From Schmidtea polychroa (taxonomy: Eukaryota): a stretch of DNA of 64,000 nt. Below, piece after piece: positions 38,437-51,042 of this stretch. The translations under genes and the position numbers were made by a program. Positions within the stretch are counted from its first letter, which is position 1. Each line of letters starts with the position of its first letter. The stretch lies in assembly GCA_044892525.1 (NCBI GenBank), contig CM097885.1, positions 27,282,001 through 27,346,000 on the forward strand. Direction: 5' to 3'. The notes beneath the pieces were generated by a model. That model was not told the origin of the DNA. It made no database searches and saw only the letters and a program-made list of their open reading frames with translations.

Positions 38437-39245
38437 TTTGCTGCATTTCAGGCGAGTAAGGCCGGCATTATTTACTTTCCCACTTTGCAATTATTATAGG
38501 GCCGTTTTGATAGGCTTGTGACCTTTCTGTTGTACTTTTATTTCAGTTAATCTCGTATTTCCTGCATTATTCGGTGCCGCTGGTTCTGCTGTTGTGATTC
38601 TCCCAATCAGATTCTCCCACTGAACTGGCCATCGATTGTCGGTAACCATGGAAATACAACAAACAAATATATAGTAGCTTTTGTTGGGTTTTTGATAACT
38701 AATAAATGGTGTGAACGCAAATTGTGATGAATAATGCAGTCAGAATTGGCATGAATACGCAGATATTTACTGCTTATCAATGGCCAAGGAAATAATAATC
38801 GATATAGAAATCATTCCTCAAAAGGTGAGAAAATTACAAGCAAAATCGAAACTGTGGGTAAACCATGGCAACCGGTTATTAGGATATTTGGTCATAGTTC
38901 ATAATGAGGTTAACAGTTACGTAAATATACAAAAAAAATATATTATAATGCAAGTATACACAAAGATTTGCGATAAGTGAGAAAATCGAGTTTTCAATTT
39001 ATTGATTTTTACACGACTTTCATTTCTTACCTATGTAACCATGGCAATGAACATGTTGGAACTGCACACAGTGATCGAATGCCAGTGAGTAGGCGAGCTT
39101 TATTGCTAAAACTACTATTCATTGTGCTTAAGCGGGTCTTAGACTGCCAATAGAAGGTCTTACGTCAACGAGAATTACTGACGGTCGAACTGGGACTCGT
39201 AGATTAAACCTAATAAAGTCACAATTAAGAGAAATAGTTAATAAA

Positions 39246-40220
39246 GTGTTAAATGACAGATTACCTGACGACAACATTAATAAATATAAAAATTTCCTAT
39301 CTAATCTCTCAATACAGATAAATAACAACGACATTACCCCAACAAATAGATTAAATGAAATATCTAAAATACATAATGCTCTTTTCCCGAATAAATACCC
39401 AAAACCTAATTTTATAATTAATATAAGAAACAATATCAAAAAAATTGAACTCATATACGAAATAAGAAATAACTATAATAAAGAGTCTAAAATTACTATT
39501 AATAAAATATTTAATAATATCACACAAATTCAACCACCGACTACTGAAAAAATCACTGATAATTTAAAAAAAACCCTAATGATTATTGAAGATTCACCAC
39601 TTACTAAAATTAAATAATGACATAGAACAAATAACTAATAAGATAATATCAATTAACGAAATAAGTAACAATATTAAGAAATTAAACTTAAATTCAGCAC
39701 CAGGTACTGACAAAATAACTTACAGAGATTGGCGAATAATTGACCCTGACCTCACATTACTATGTGCCCTCTTTAATAATCTAATCAGAAACATAAAAAC
39801 TCCTGATAATTGGAAATTTTACAAAACTAAACTAATATTAAAACTGACCCCTTGCAATTTTAGATACATCCTATTGAATCTTCTCTGCTATAATAAACAA
39901 TAGACTTCTTGAATGGATAAAAATAAGGGGTTATATCAGTATTAACCAAAAAGCAATTGGCATACCTGACGGATGTTCTGAACATAATATAACCCTTAAA
40001 ATAATCAAAGAAAGAGCAATTCGCTATGATAGAGATATTAACATAATATGGATTTGGTCTGTAAAACACTGTAAAACTACTGTAAAATACAATATGATTG
40101 TGAAGGGCAACTCACTAGCGAAATAGAAATAAATAACGGAGTTAAGCAGGGATACCCAATGTCCATGACACTTTTTTGTCTGACAAACGATTTCATACTT
40201 AGCGATATATTAAATAAATT
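39246..40220 (+). pseudogene. Degraded non-LTR retrotransposon reverse transcriptase fragment
   Basis: KLNLNSAPGTDKITY...PDNWK and EINNGVKQGYPMSMTLF (RT motif GVxQGxPxS), interrupted by stops and frameshifts. Confidence 0.75.
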
Positions 40221-42457
40221 TCCCCTGGCTAGTTTCTTCGCCTTGCAGAGGTTCTTCCTCCTTGGGTTTCAGATAGCGGGCACGGATTTGGGTGCGCAGG
40301 GGTCCACCATCAGCTCGACTACCGCTTGGCCTATCCCGATTACTGATGGTCGAACTGGGACTTGTAGATAGGATGAATAGCAATCAATACAAGTAGACGG
40401 AGGGAGGAGATCCGGCCGAAAGTGATATGGCGGGATAACAGTATCTGCTATCACCGACTTGAAGCCCGATTTCCAAGTGATTACAAAAGGAGTAGCTAAC
40501 TCCTTGGCAGTATCACCTGGTACAAGGCCTGTGATTTCTCCTGTACTAATGCTCTATGCGCTCGGTTCTCGTTGATGAAACTGTCTCGACAGTGCTCAAC
40601 CATACGAAATTGCTGGATTTTATCCTTCATCTAGAAGGGTGAGAACCATGTGCCACCAAGACGGTATATCTTGGCTCGGAGGAATCGATTTTCCTCTAGA
40701 ACGAGCGCTATCTGGGAGATTTTGTCAGCACAAACAAAACAAGGTTTCAACTTTATCGCTGGATTCGTCATCTCTACACTCGAGTTCTTGAAAATTGCAG
40801 GCGGAATGCATTAGTTAGTGATCATTTTAGGAAGTGTATCTGTAAAAAATAGTATTGGTGATTTTAAAATCTTGTCAAAGAGTTTCAGCAATTACTAGGA
40901 ACGAGTAACGTGCGAGGCAATGTAAATTAGTACTTTAAATCCTTTAATTAATATTCAGTGTCCTCGATTAATTAATATTTCAGAGGCTCGATGACGTCGA
41001 TCTACTGCTGGGGAACTTGTTTTGTGAATGAACCAGCAAAAAATCAGCGAGTTCCCTTTCTTTCTCCTTTCCCAAAACCTACTATTTCAATGCATTAAAT
41101 CATAAAAAATAAAAATGTTGTAAGTAAAAGTTAATCAGAATTTAACTGTTAAGGGATATTAAATTATAGTGAGTTTTAGATAAAATTAATAATTATTTAA
41201 GCTGAGTTCCTTTGAATTAAATATGATTACTACAAGGTCGATAGTAGCTTTGAGCGAGTGTATATGCCTCGGAAAAATCCTAGAGGGGGTAGTTCGAACG
41301 ACTGTCCCTCTCCTCTGATTTTGGTAGCTATTCACGAGATTCGAGATTTTTTTCATTTTTGTTTTAATTATTTGACTTTTTTTTGTTGTTACTTTTGTTT
41401 TAATTGGTGTTTTTTAAGTATTTGAAGTTTTCGCTTGCGTTTTCAATGTTATGTGACATCTTGGTTGTGTCATTACTCGTCGGGTTAAGTCAAAAAAGGA
41501 TAAATAAGGTATATATAATTTTAAGATTGGCTTCAAGCCCAATCGGAGAATATGAGACAAAATGAATAACAATTTAACTACGTTCTTTACAAAAAAATCA
41601 AAAAATAACACAACATGTTTGGTTTCAAACTAACACTTTTTTTCATATTAAATCAAGATATGGAATATTACCATAGTTCATCCAAATCAACTTCTCCTCG
41701 ATCATCTGCGAGCCAATCGTCCAAATGAAATGTGTCGTCGAGGATCGGTACCCAAGGATGGTCGTCACATAACTGACCGTTCCTCCGCAGATGATGTTGT
41801 TGCTCAATAAGCTCTCTTCGGCCGCCTGCTTAGCTTTCTTTCTTTTATTCCGCTCCGAACGCGAAATTTGTTTGTCTAATAAATTAATCAAATTAACAAT
41901 TAAGAATGTTGGGACACTTAGTTTAATGAAGAAAGCTGTTAGACTAATTTTATCAATAGTGGGTAGTTGAATAGCAGTAGTTGAATGGTCGTGTATTCGA
42001 ATTTGGTATTGAAAAGAGCTTTTCGAAACGAAGTGTTGTATAAGCATTAAATAGCAATTGGTTTTTTATTAGATATTTGGTATCATGGTAATTGTATAAT
42101 CATTTCAGCTAATCAATAAAGCTAATCAAAATTGTCACTAACAGATAAAACACGCTTGAAGTAGATCATTAATTGTAAATTTTACATTTCACAGACAACT
42201 CCAACAAGTGCAACTAAATACATAATTTATAAATATTCTTTACAGTTTGTATTCAGAAATAAACAGTAAAACCTTCAAGGCATTCATATAACAAATAAAG
42301 GAATTAGCAACTTAGTTTAACCGTAAATTATTTAGTTTCCTCAATTTTGTTACTTTTAATAATATTTTATATCCGTATTTTATAGGGAAAATGTTCAATT
42401 ATGTAATATGAAGGTAATATTAAAATGAAAAATCGCAAATAAATTTTCATAACAACA

Positions 42458-42673
42458 ATGAACAATTGTAAAACAGACGAAGAAAATATTTATGAAGATT
42501 TAATAAGCGAAGATTATTTATTGAATCAATTATACAATTCTCTTGAACATTTAGGTCCTAATTTTGATGGTTCTGACATTGAAGAAATAATAAATTGGAA
42601 TGAAATTTTATTCTATTCTGATTGGTCAATAAATGAAAGCGTAAAAATAGAAACTAAAGACAATAGAAAATAA
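42458..42673 (+). CDS. Small acidic hypothetical protein (71 aa), left-arm copy
   Basis: ATG-initiated and open in both arms (mirror 59476-59691, one aa difference); no recognisable domain. Confidence 0.3.
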   Translation: MNNCKTDEENIYEDLISEDYLLNQLYNSLEHLGPNFDGSDIEEIINWNEILFYSDWSINESVKIETKDNRK

Positions 42674-43713
42674 AAATGAAAATTATATTTCGAAAATTAT
42701 ACGATATAAAATTTGTTTAAATATAATTTATTTTGTTTCGTTATTGTAGTTTTAATATCTTCAAAATTTGAATTCATTAAATGGAGAATGAAATATAGCG
42801 GACCCCATTTTAACATTTCTATAGCTTCATTGGCAAATTTTCACATTTTTAACAATAAATTTTCCTTTGAATTTCGGAAACAAAGTTTATTCCTAAATGC
42901 AGTTTTTACCAAAATGCACTAATTTCAACATGCAATTTCAATTTAAATTCAAAACATGTAGATAGACCCTAAGTAAACACGGAAAAATAATCGAACATAA
43001 CATTTTAATCGAGTAACTAAACTAGAGAAAAAAGAATTACCAAATGCAGAAACTATAAATGAAATAAACACAAAATTAATAAATAATACGAAGGCAATGA
43101 AAAATAATAAGAGTTGGGAAAAAAATATTTATTAAAATAATAGAAAATATTAATCACAAAATGAAGGAAATAGAAATTATATTAAAAAAAACAATCAAAT
43201 TGAAGATAATTCTAGAAGAAAAATCCATCATAAAAATTAAATAAGATATAAATATTTTGAAATAAATAAAAGAATAAAAATAAACCAATAAAAATTGTGA
43301 TGTAATTATAATGGGATATTTGATTTCCCTAACCTTTACCCATTATTATGTAATGCTTGCATGTGTGATTTATTATTTTTGATTGTCTGGGTCCTCAAAT
43401 TATGTCACTGATTATTATTTCCCAAAAAGTTATTGCTGATTGTGTTGGTGTCGACACATCGGGTACTATAAATAGTACCACAATTTCTTAAATAAAGTTT
43501 TTTGGAATTTATCAATTATTCTTATTCTTAACAAAAATGAAAAAAATTAAATATAATAGAAATTGATTAAAAGTATGTGATTTTGTTTTAATGCTCTAAT
43601 GCATATTAATACTCTAAGAATGATATTACAAATCAATAAGAACTCAACGGGCATTATGTGTCAATTATCATTTGTATCTTGGTTTACGCAGGAAACAGCA
43701 CGACGAGATAAAA

Positions 43714-44547
43714 TTACGCTTTCTTATTTGATAAAATATTCATTTTAATCAGAATATCTTTTAACTGATCAATACGATTATTTCGATTAATAAGCATATT
43801 ATTATAATTGATCAGTTCACAGTTGATTGATTTCCGCACATATTGCCATGATTGAGATTCGGATAAAGCTGATAGGTTGAGGCCAAAAGCACCGATATTG
43901 GAAATCGAGCAGTAAATTGTTGTTTCGATAACAAAATATAATTTCTCCAAAACTTTTCTTGCTAATTTCAATTCTTCATTTCCTTTTGATGTTGCTTTGG
44001 AAAGTAGAAATTCAATTTCCCGACTCAGGCTGTCAAACTCATTAAAATTCAGTGAAATATAACTGCAATCGTTTGATATAAATTCATCCAGTTCAGCAAT
44101 CACATTTTCCATGACGTTGTTAAACTGGTATTTATTTTCTATATTAATGTTGTTGTAGCGAACTGCGCTGTTGATTTCATTAAGGATTCCTTGATGTTTG
44201 AAAAATAATTTTTCGAGTACTTCAATATTATTCAAACAAACGTTGTATCCCTGCAGTATTGTATGTAAATTTCTTCCCATGAAATTTTCCACAGCCGGCA
44301 ATAATTTGTTTTCATAAATTGAAATGATATCAACAATTGATATAATTTCATCCGTTTCTTTATCCAAACAAAAAACGTTGCTGAAAGTCATCTTGTCCAA
44401 TGGGCAATCAGAAGATCTCATCGTTACCTCAGCTATGCAATTGCCACAAAATTGATGGAATTTGTAACATTTCCCAAACCCAAATTTACAACTGTCAAAT
44501 AATTCGTAACAAATTACACAAAAATTTTCATCATTTTCATTATTCAT
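43714..44547 (-). CDS. RING-finger protein (277 aa), intronless, left-arm copy
   Basis: CVIC-x13-CYKFHQFCGNC-x10-CPLD, a RING-HC-like pattern with Asp as last ligand, followed by a helical region. Confidence 0.8.
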   Translation of the reverse strand: MNNENDENFCVICYELFDSCKFGFGKCYKFHQFCGNCIAEVTMRSSDCPLDKMTFSNVFCLDKETDEIISIVDIISIYENKLLPAVENFMGRNLHTILQGYNVCLNNIEVLEKLFFKHQGILNEINSAVRYNNINIENKYQFNNVMENVIAELDEFISNDCSYISLNFNEFDSLSREIEFLLSKATSKGNEELKLARKVLEKLYFVIETTIYCSISNIGAFGLNLSALSESQSWQYVRKSINCELINYNNMLINRNNRIDQLKDILIKMNILSNKKA

Positions 44548-44913
44548 TTTATCTATTTCTATATTTGATTTCTGTTTTTATTTCAAGTTATTTTTATTTT
44601 ACTAATAGTTTATTATGTCAAATAGTAAGGAAAGTTATATTTATTATATTTTAAATTTATTTCATTGGATACAAAAATATAAAAATGAAAAAATTGTAGA
44701 TAATTCAAAACTATGTATAAAAACAATTAAATGATAATTTAAGCCTTTTGCTGCGAAAAATATATTTAATACAAATGAAAAAATTTTCGATTATAAGATA
44801 GTCCTTTTCAATTCAACTCTCCCCTGGTGTATTATTTAGATTTAATAATTTATGAGAATAAGATTATTCTGAGTACTCTTGAAGATGTACAAAAAGCATT
44901 ATTCAATCTATAT

Positions 44914-45128
44914 CAGTGTTTCTCAAACTATGGGTCGCGACCCAAAAATGGGTCGCGAAAGAATTTTTGGTGGGTCGCGATGACTAGAATAACTAGAGTT
45001 AAATAGAGTTATTCTCATTAAATAAACATTTATTTTAAAATTAATCTTTGTCATGTGGGTCGCAATAAAATTATTGGCATGAAATGTCAAAAATTTGGGT
45101 CGTGATCAAAAAAGTTTGAGAACCACTG
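44914..45128. mobile_element. hAT MITE (215 bp)
   Basis: TIRs CAGTGTTTCTCAAACT / AGTTTGAGAACCACTG; 8-bp TSD ATCTATAT; gggtcgcg subterminal motifs. Confidence 0.9.
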
Positions 45129-45236
45129 ATCTATATGGAGATGGAGTCAAAATGAGATATGGCTTGATTTCTAATTTATTACGTAAAATGAATTAATGTT
45201 TTTATAGTGATAATAAGAAATTTAAATACTTTATAA

Positions 45237-45900
45237 ATGGAGATTCTAGAACCAAAAATATATCCTGTTCTGATTTACATTCTGACTGGAATAGAATTTA
45301 TTTTAGCACATTTGATCGTTGAAAATATAGAAACTAGAAATATAGAAAATGAAACAATAAACAGCGAACCACCGAATACTATAAGCATAAATAGAATAAA
45401 TGAATTTTCATTAGTCAATAAAAAACTGGATGAAAGACTTGAACATTATAAAAAAATAAAAAATGGATGGACTAGTTCTGATTGTAGAATTAAAATGGCT
45501 TGTATTTCAATAACTGGAATTATAAAAATTTCAACTGCAGTATTGGATTAATTGGAGTTGCTCCATTAGTTTCTGGTATTGTTGCTCCAACTTTCTGAGG
45601 AGTAAATGCTTTATATTTATTTTTATCAGAAGGTATTTCTACCGGATTAACTTCGAAAAGAAAAAAGATTTATCGAAAAGTATGTGATGAATGTGCTTTT
45701 TCAAATGAAAAAATTGGAACATGGACTTTTAATTAGTAATGAAATCCAAGAATCTAATAGAATAATATCTGAAATTAATGAAAATATTAACAAGATTAAA
45801 TATGCTTCGAAGGTGGATTATAATATAGTTGAAAAACAAGTTAAAAAAGAGTTGATAAAATAGTTGAAAGAGGAATACAAATCTAAAATTAAAAGTTTAT
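45237..45900 (+). pseudogene. Decayed Polinton-associated hypothetical gene
   Basis: MEILEPKIYP...LEHYKKIKNGW, followed by a hydrophobic stretch and coiled-coil-like remnants with stops; lies directly upstream of the PolB relic. Confidence 0.4.
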
Positions 45901-46065
45901 AAAATAAAGAATTAAAAATTAAAAGCAACAAAATAAAAATTAAAGAAATGAGGAGCCAAAGCCAAAATTCTTTTGAAGTGAATTTATATGAAACATTTTG
46001 TGAATATTGTAATAAATATTACAAGAATACATATTATAATAGTCATCTTGCAACAAAAATACATA

Positions 46066-47283
46066 TTTTGGGTTATTTTGTTGGTGATAAAATTAAATTT
46101 CTTTTTCTGACTCAAAGCGTGTCTTTGACTGACCCACAAATAACACTTGTCAACAGAAATCTTTATTGATAATCACAAATAATTTTCACTTTACACTGAC
46201 AATCAATTCAACACTCCGCTCGGTGATTATAGAATGCTTATTGCAACACTTAGTGAAGAATAGCACTCTTGTACAATAGCGGATTGAAAGATTAGTTTAT
46301 CAACTGGGACTTTGAGCTGGTTGTTTTCTTTGACCTTTTTCACAACTTTATTCAAGTACTCAAATAACTTATTTTCGTTTAATTTTCCAACTAATTCATT
46401 TCCGCAAATCTTCTCCAGTAATTATTCTTCACAAATTGTTTTCCACTAATTTTTCGTCCGCCTAATCCCTCGTCTCGGTTTTGCCTAAATTTCTGTCTCA
46501 ATTTTTGTTTAATTTCTCGGCCAACAGTTCCTTCTTATATAGCTCGTTTCATTTTTGGCAATAGAGTAGTAGGATGTGAGCCCGTTAGATACAGGGGGTA
46601 TTGCTATTATGTAATATAAAATAATAAATGACCGATTACGTCATTGCACGCGGCGACCATGGTCAGTATGATGAGTCATTACTACTTGTGTCAGATAGCA
46701 CTGACGTGTCTATTATGTAATGGATATGCGTGTGGTCAAATAACAACTGTGGGTATGTTGTAATGGGCACAGAATTGGTCAGTCAGCAACTAATGCGTGT
46801 CAGCACGTACGATGACGTAACTGGTCAATTATTATTTGTATCAATTGTTATTTGTACCCCTATTTGTATCTGACAGGCTCACATCCTACTACTCACTAGA
46901 GATAATCAAATGTTTCCCACTTTTCTTTCTCTTGCATTTCCCGACTGTTCACATTTTATCTCTGAAAGATGTCGAGATATTTTCCCTTTTTTGTTAAGCC
47001 ATCTTCTCCCTGCAATTCTGTTATATATGACAAGCTGTCAAGATACGGCCTTTTCTCATATTTTGTTTTTCTGGAATTCGAAATTCCTTTTTTCCTTTGT
47101 ACTAATTAATTAGTACTGGTTTTTGTTTTCTTGTCTAATTTCTTTTGTTTCATTCCTGTTTTTCATTTCTTTTTACTTCCGCTTTCTTTTCTGAGTTCCC
47201 AAAGATCGTCCCGTTTGTCATGACAATCTCCCCAGGTAATTTACTTATTTATTATGCTATTTGTCATTTAGGTATCCTTAACA
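46066..47283 (-). mobile_element. Solo LTR inserted in the Polinton relic
   Basis: 4-bp TSD CATA on both sides; ends TTTTGGGTT...TAACA; T-rich composition resembling the LTR at 6972-8030. Confidence 0.55.
46565..46893. mobile_element. 329-bp mini-element with Polinton-type AGTAGT termini
   Basis: TIRs AGTAGTAGGATGTGAGCCCGTTAGATAC / GTATCTGACAGGCTCACATCCTACTACT; flanks CAATAG and CACTAG (6-bp TSD, 1 mismatch). Confidence 0.75.
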
Positions 47284-49678
47284 CATAAATTAAATAGAAG
47301 AGGTGGAAATAAATATGAATCACCAAAATAAGCAAGACCAGTTGAATTCGGAGAATTTAAATTTGAATATCCAGAAGTAATACAAGTTGAAAGTTTTTAA
47401 AAATTAACTGCTGTTAAATTTGTACGATATCAAAACTCTAAAATTTTAAATGTACAAGGATTTGATGAAATTTTAGAACATTTCTTTGATCATTTTAAAG
47501 TCCCAATACAATTTTATATCGGAGAACATGTTTTTTATACACAACGCATTCAACCTGTTAATATTAAATAATACTTAAATAACATAGATGAAAGACCTTC
47601 ATATTCTGAAAGAGCTTCACATGTTGGAAATGTTTAAATAATAAGATGCAAAAACCTTTCAGGAACTAAGAAATTAAATTTAAAAAATTATTACACAAAA
47701 CATTTTTTAAACAAAAAAACATTAAATAAGAAAATTTTGAAAAAGAAAGTATTATCACTAAATAAAAATACACCAATAATAATAGATGAAGATTATCAAA
47801 GATCATATACTGCACTAGAATCTATAATTGTTGATAAAGATTTAATATTGGAAGAAATTGTAAAACAAGTTTCATATTTGGAAACGAGAATACATGTTGA
47901 AGAACTTAGAGGAAGTGAATGGCTTTTTAAAGAAATTAAACCAGTATCATTAAATATTAACCAATATAGAACACCAATTGGAGGAACATTTATAAAACTT
48001 CCATTTAAATCTAATGTTATACTTAACATTCAAAATAGAGATGAGAAATATTTTGTTTTGTCGATATTGGCTCATCTTCATTGTTCAAATGTCGAACGGA
48101 ACATGTTGGCTCTGATAAACTCGCTCTTGTATTGAGCATCATCTTCTTTCGAAGCATCAGCTAAAAGCCTTTGACTTGATTCCTCATATAGTAATAATTC
48201 ATGTTCGGGGATAACGGCAAGCATAAAGACCAATTTATAGAGATTCGTGTCCAAATTCCCACGCGTCTGTTCCAGTTTTATTGTTCGAATATATAGAAAT
48301 TCATATTTGGATAATGGATCAGCTATCCGCTTAAAGTCAATCATTTCTGAACCTTCAACTGATTTGAATTTATTCAACTTCGTTTGATCAAGATTTAATT
48401 TCCAATCAATTACATAATCACATAATTCCACACTTTCAAGGAATGAGTTAGTTTCGTTGATTAATTTCGTTATTGATTCTGAATGTCATATAATATATCA
48501 CTCTGTTTGCCATCTTCTAAACTCCATACAATCATAATATCCATTCCACCAGTGAATGCAACTCTCGATTTATTGTCACAAACTTCTTACAAAACAACAT
48601 TCGAATGACCACTCAACAACTTCATATTCATTTTCCATTTCGAAATTAATAAACGAATTTTTAAAACCTTTGTATTTTCAAAACAATCATAAGACTTACC
48701 AAATTTAAACAACTGATATAAAAATCCAAAACTTTACATAAATCCAAATATTTTAAAAAACTGATCAATCCAAAACTGTGATAACAACTCGACAATTGTT
48801 CGCGTCTGTGTGCGCACACAAATTAATCCAATGTCAAAGTAAAAAACGCACACAGACGCGAGACATAAACTGAATAAATTAAACAAGTATCATTAAATAT
48901 TAACCAATATAGAACACCAATTGGAGGAACATTTATAAAACTTCCATTTAAATCTAATGTTATACTTAACATTCAAAATAGAGATGAGAAATATTTTGTT
49001 TTGTCGATATTGGCTCCTCTTCATCCTTTTTCAACAACAGAACATCTATATCGAGTAATTAAATATTATGAATTTGAAGATGAATTAAATTTACTTGGTA
49101 TAAAATTTCCAATATCATTAGAAGAAATAGGAAAATTTCAATGACTAACCCTAGGGTTTTTAATTAATGTTTTTGAAATTGATGACAATAAGAAACTTAA
49201 AATGATTTATAGATCACATTTGAAGCCAAAAGTTTGTAATTTATTATTATACAAGAATCACTATGTTTGTGTAAAAATATATCAGTGTTTTTAGTTATTA
49301 GTAAATCTCATCAAATATTTCCATATCTCAATTGTTTCTGTTCATATAGTTGTGAAAGTCCAGTGTTTAAACACAGGAAAATATGTGTACAACACAAGGA
49401 AGCCAAAGCAACTTTCCATTATTACAGTCATAAATTTTTTAAAGAATATCATTTTAAAAGTAAAGTTCCATTTGTTTGTTATGCAGATTTTGATTGTTGG
49501 AATAAATTATCTAAAAGGTGTACTGTTAATATAAAACTATTAGGTTTTTGTTTTGGTGTATATTAAAAAAGTAATTATCCAGAATTGATAAGATCAAAAT
49601 ACTTTGAATATTATAGATGTGATGCTGTAGAAAAGTTCTCTGAAATAATTAATGATTTGGAAGTGAAATTCTCTAGAA

Positions 49679-50259
49679 CAGGGATATTCAACTGGCGGCC
49701 CGCGGGCGAGATCGGGCCCGCCGAAATTTGAAAAAGGCCCTTTCAATATCTTGGAATGCGTATACAAAAGGCGGTCTATTTAGATTCAAACCCGATCAAA
49801 ATAGTGTTTTTATTGTTTTAACGGTAGAAGAAATTGGGAATTCGTGTAAATTGCGATAGTTTTGCAATAAAAAAACTTGCAAAAAACACCAAAGTATTGA
49901 AAATGTGTTTGTAAGTTTGAATAGGAAACGGGGTTTACTTAATATTTAATAAAATTAATATGTGTTTAAGTGGCTGTGATCATTTAAATTTCTTGGAAAA
50001 TGCGTCTAACACCAGAAAAATTAAAAGAAAAAATGGCAATAAAGTTATTAATTTAAAATGCGCCAGGAAAATACATAATAATATAAAAATAAATGGTAAA
50101 CATTATAATACTTGGTAATAGAATAACAATCACTAAAACCAGTTTATTTTTGTTACTTTGTAATCCGCTACAAAACTAACTACTTTTTAATTGATACGGC
50201 CCTCGATTGCCGTTATAAGAAAAATTTGGCCCTTCATAATATTTAGTTGAATACCCATG
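49679..50259. mobile_element. hAT MITE (581 bp) in pPolB
   Basis: Ends CAGGGATATTCAACT...AGTTGAATACCCATG; TSD CTCTAGAA/CACTAGAA; ggcccgcgggc subterminal motif. Confidence 0.85.
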
Positions 50260-50809
50260 CACTAGAATATTAAAAACAAAATTCGTAATAAATGCAACAA
50301 GAGAACAACGACAAGAATATAACAATTTAGAAGAGTGTTATTATTGTGGTGAAAGATTTGAAAATCCTGAAAATATTAAATTTATGGTTCATGATCATTT
50401 CAAAAAAGAAAATAATTTAGAGGGGCTGCTCATCGATCTTGTAAATTACAAGCATCAAGGGTAAATTTTGTACCTTTTTATTTTCATAATGCTACTGGAT
50501 ATGATAACCATTTAATATTTGTAAAGTTGGCTCTTAAAATATCAAAGTTTTAGCTAATACAGATGAACGGTATATTTCATTTAATGTTGGAGTTTTTAGA
50601 TTCGTATAGAATGATGATTTGTGGTTTAGACTATTTACCATCACTTTTGGAACCCGTCGAATGCCAAATATATAATGAATATTTCACAACTAGTAAATGA
50701 AAAGGAATATACTCACATGAGAGTATTACAGGAAGGAACTTTAAAGATATTGAAAATATAATGATTGAAACTGAATTACCTGAAAAGAATAAATTCTATT
50801 CGCATTTAA

Positions 50810-51042
50810 CCCTTTCGCACAGACTTTCCGCTAATGACACTATGCTAAATTTATATATTGGAACTTGTTAATATTGACCTAAATATGAAATATTCTCATT
50901 TTTGTAATCGTGGCGCTTCTGAATATCCTAGAAAGTCCTGGGATAATAAGTCCCAATAGGCTTTTATGGACCATTCAAAATCATAAATGTAGGATCATGA
51001 TGAAAGTTTCTGGGACGTATTGTCCAAATAGGGGCGAAAGGG
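50810..51042. mobile_element. piggyBac MITE (233 bp) in pPolB
   Basis: TTAA-CCCTTTCGC...GCGAAAGGG-TTAA. Confidence 0.85.

Noticed and set aside
39173..40370. ~30-bp direct repeat (ttactga(c/t)ggtcgaactgggact) at ~39175 and ~40340 as LTRs or TSD
   Set aside because: Too short for LTRs and does not cleanly bracket the RT relic; origin unresolved.
40973..40990. Target-site duplication for the 20-kb inverted structure
   Set aside because: The left flank (taatattt) and right flank (tgaagggt) do not match at any TSD length tried.
42713..42922. 69-aa ORF present three times (also 53251, 59227)
   Set aside because: Non-ATG start and no motif; recurrence is explained by segment duplication.
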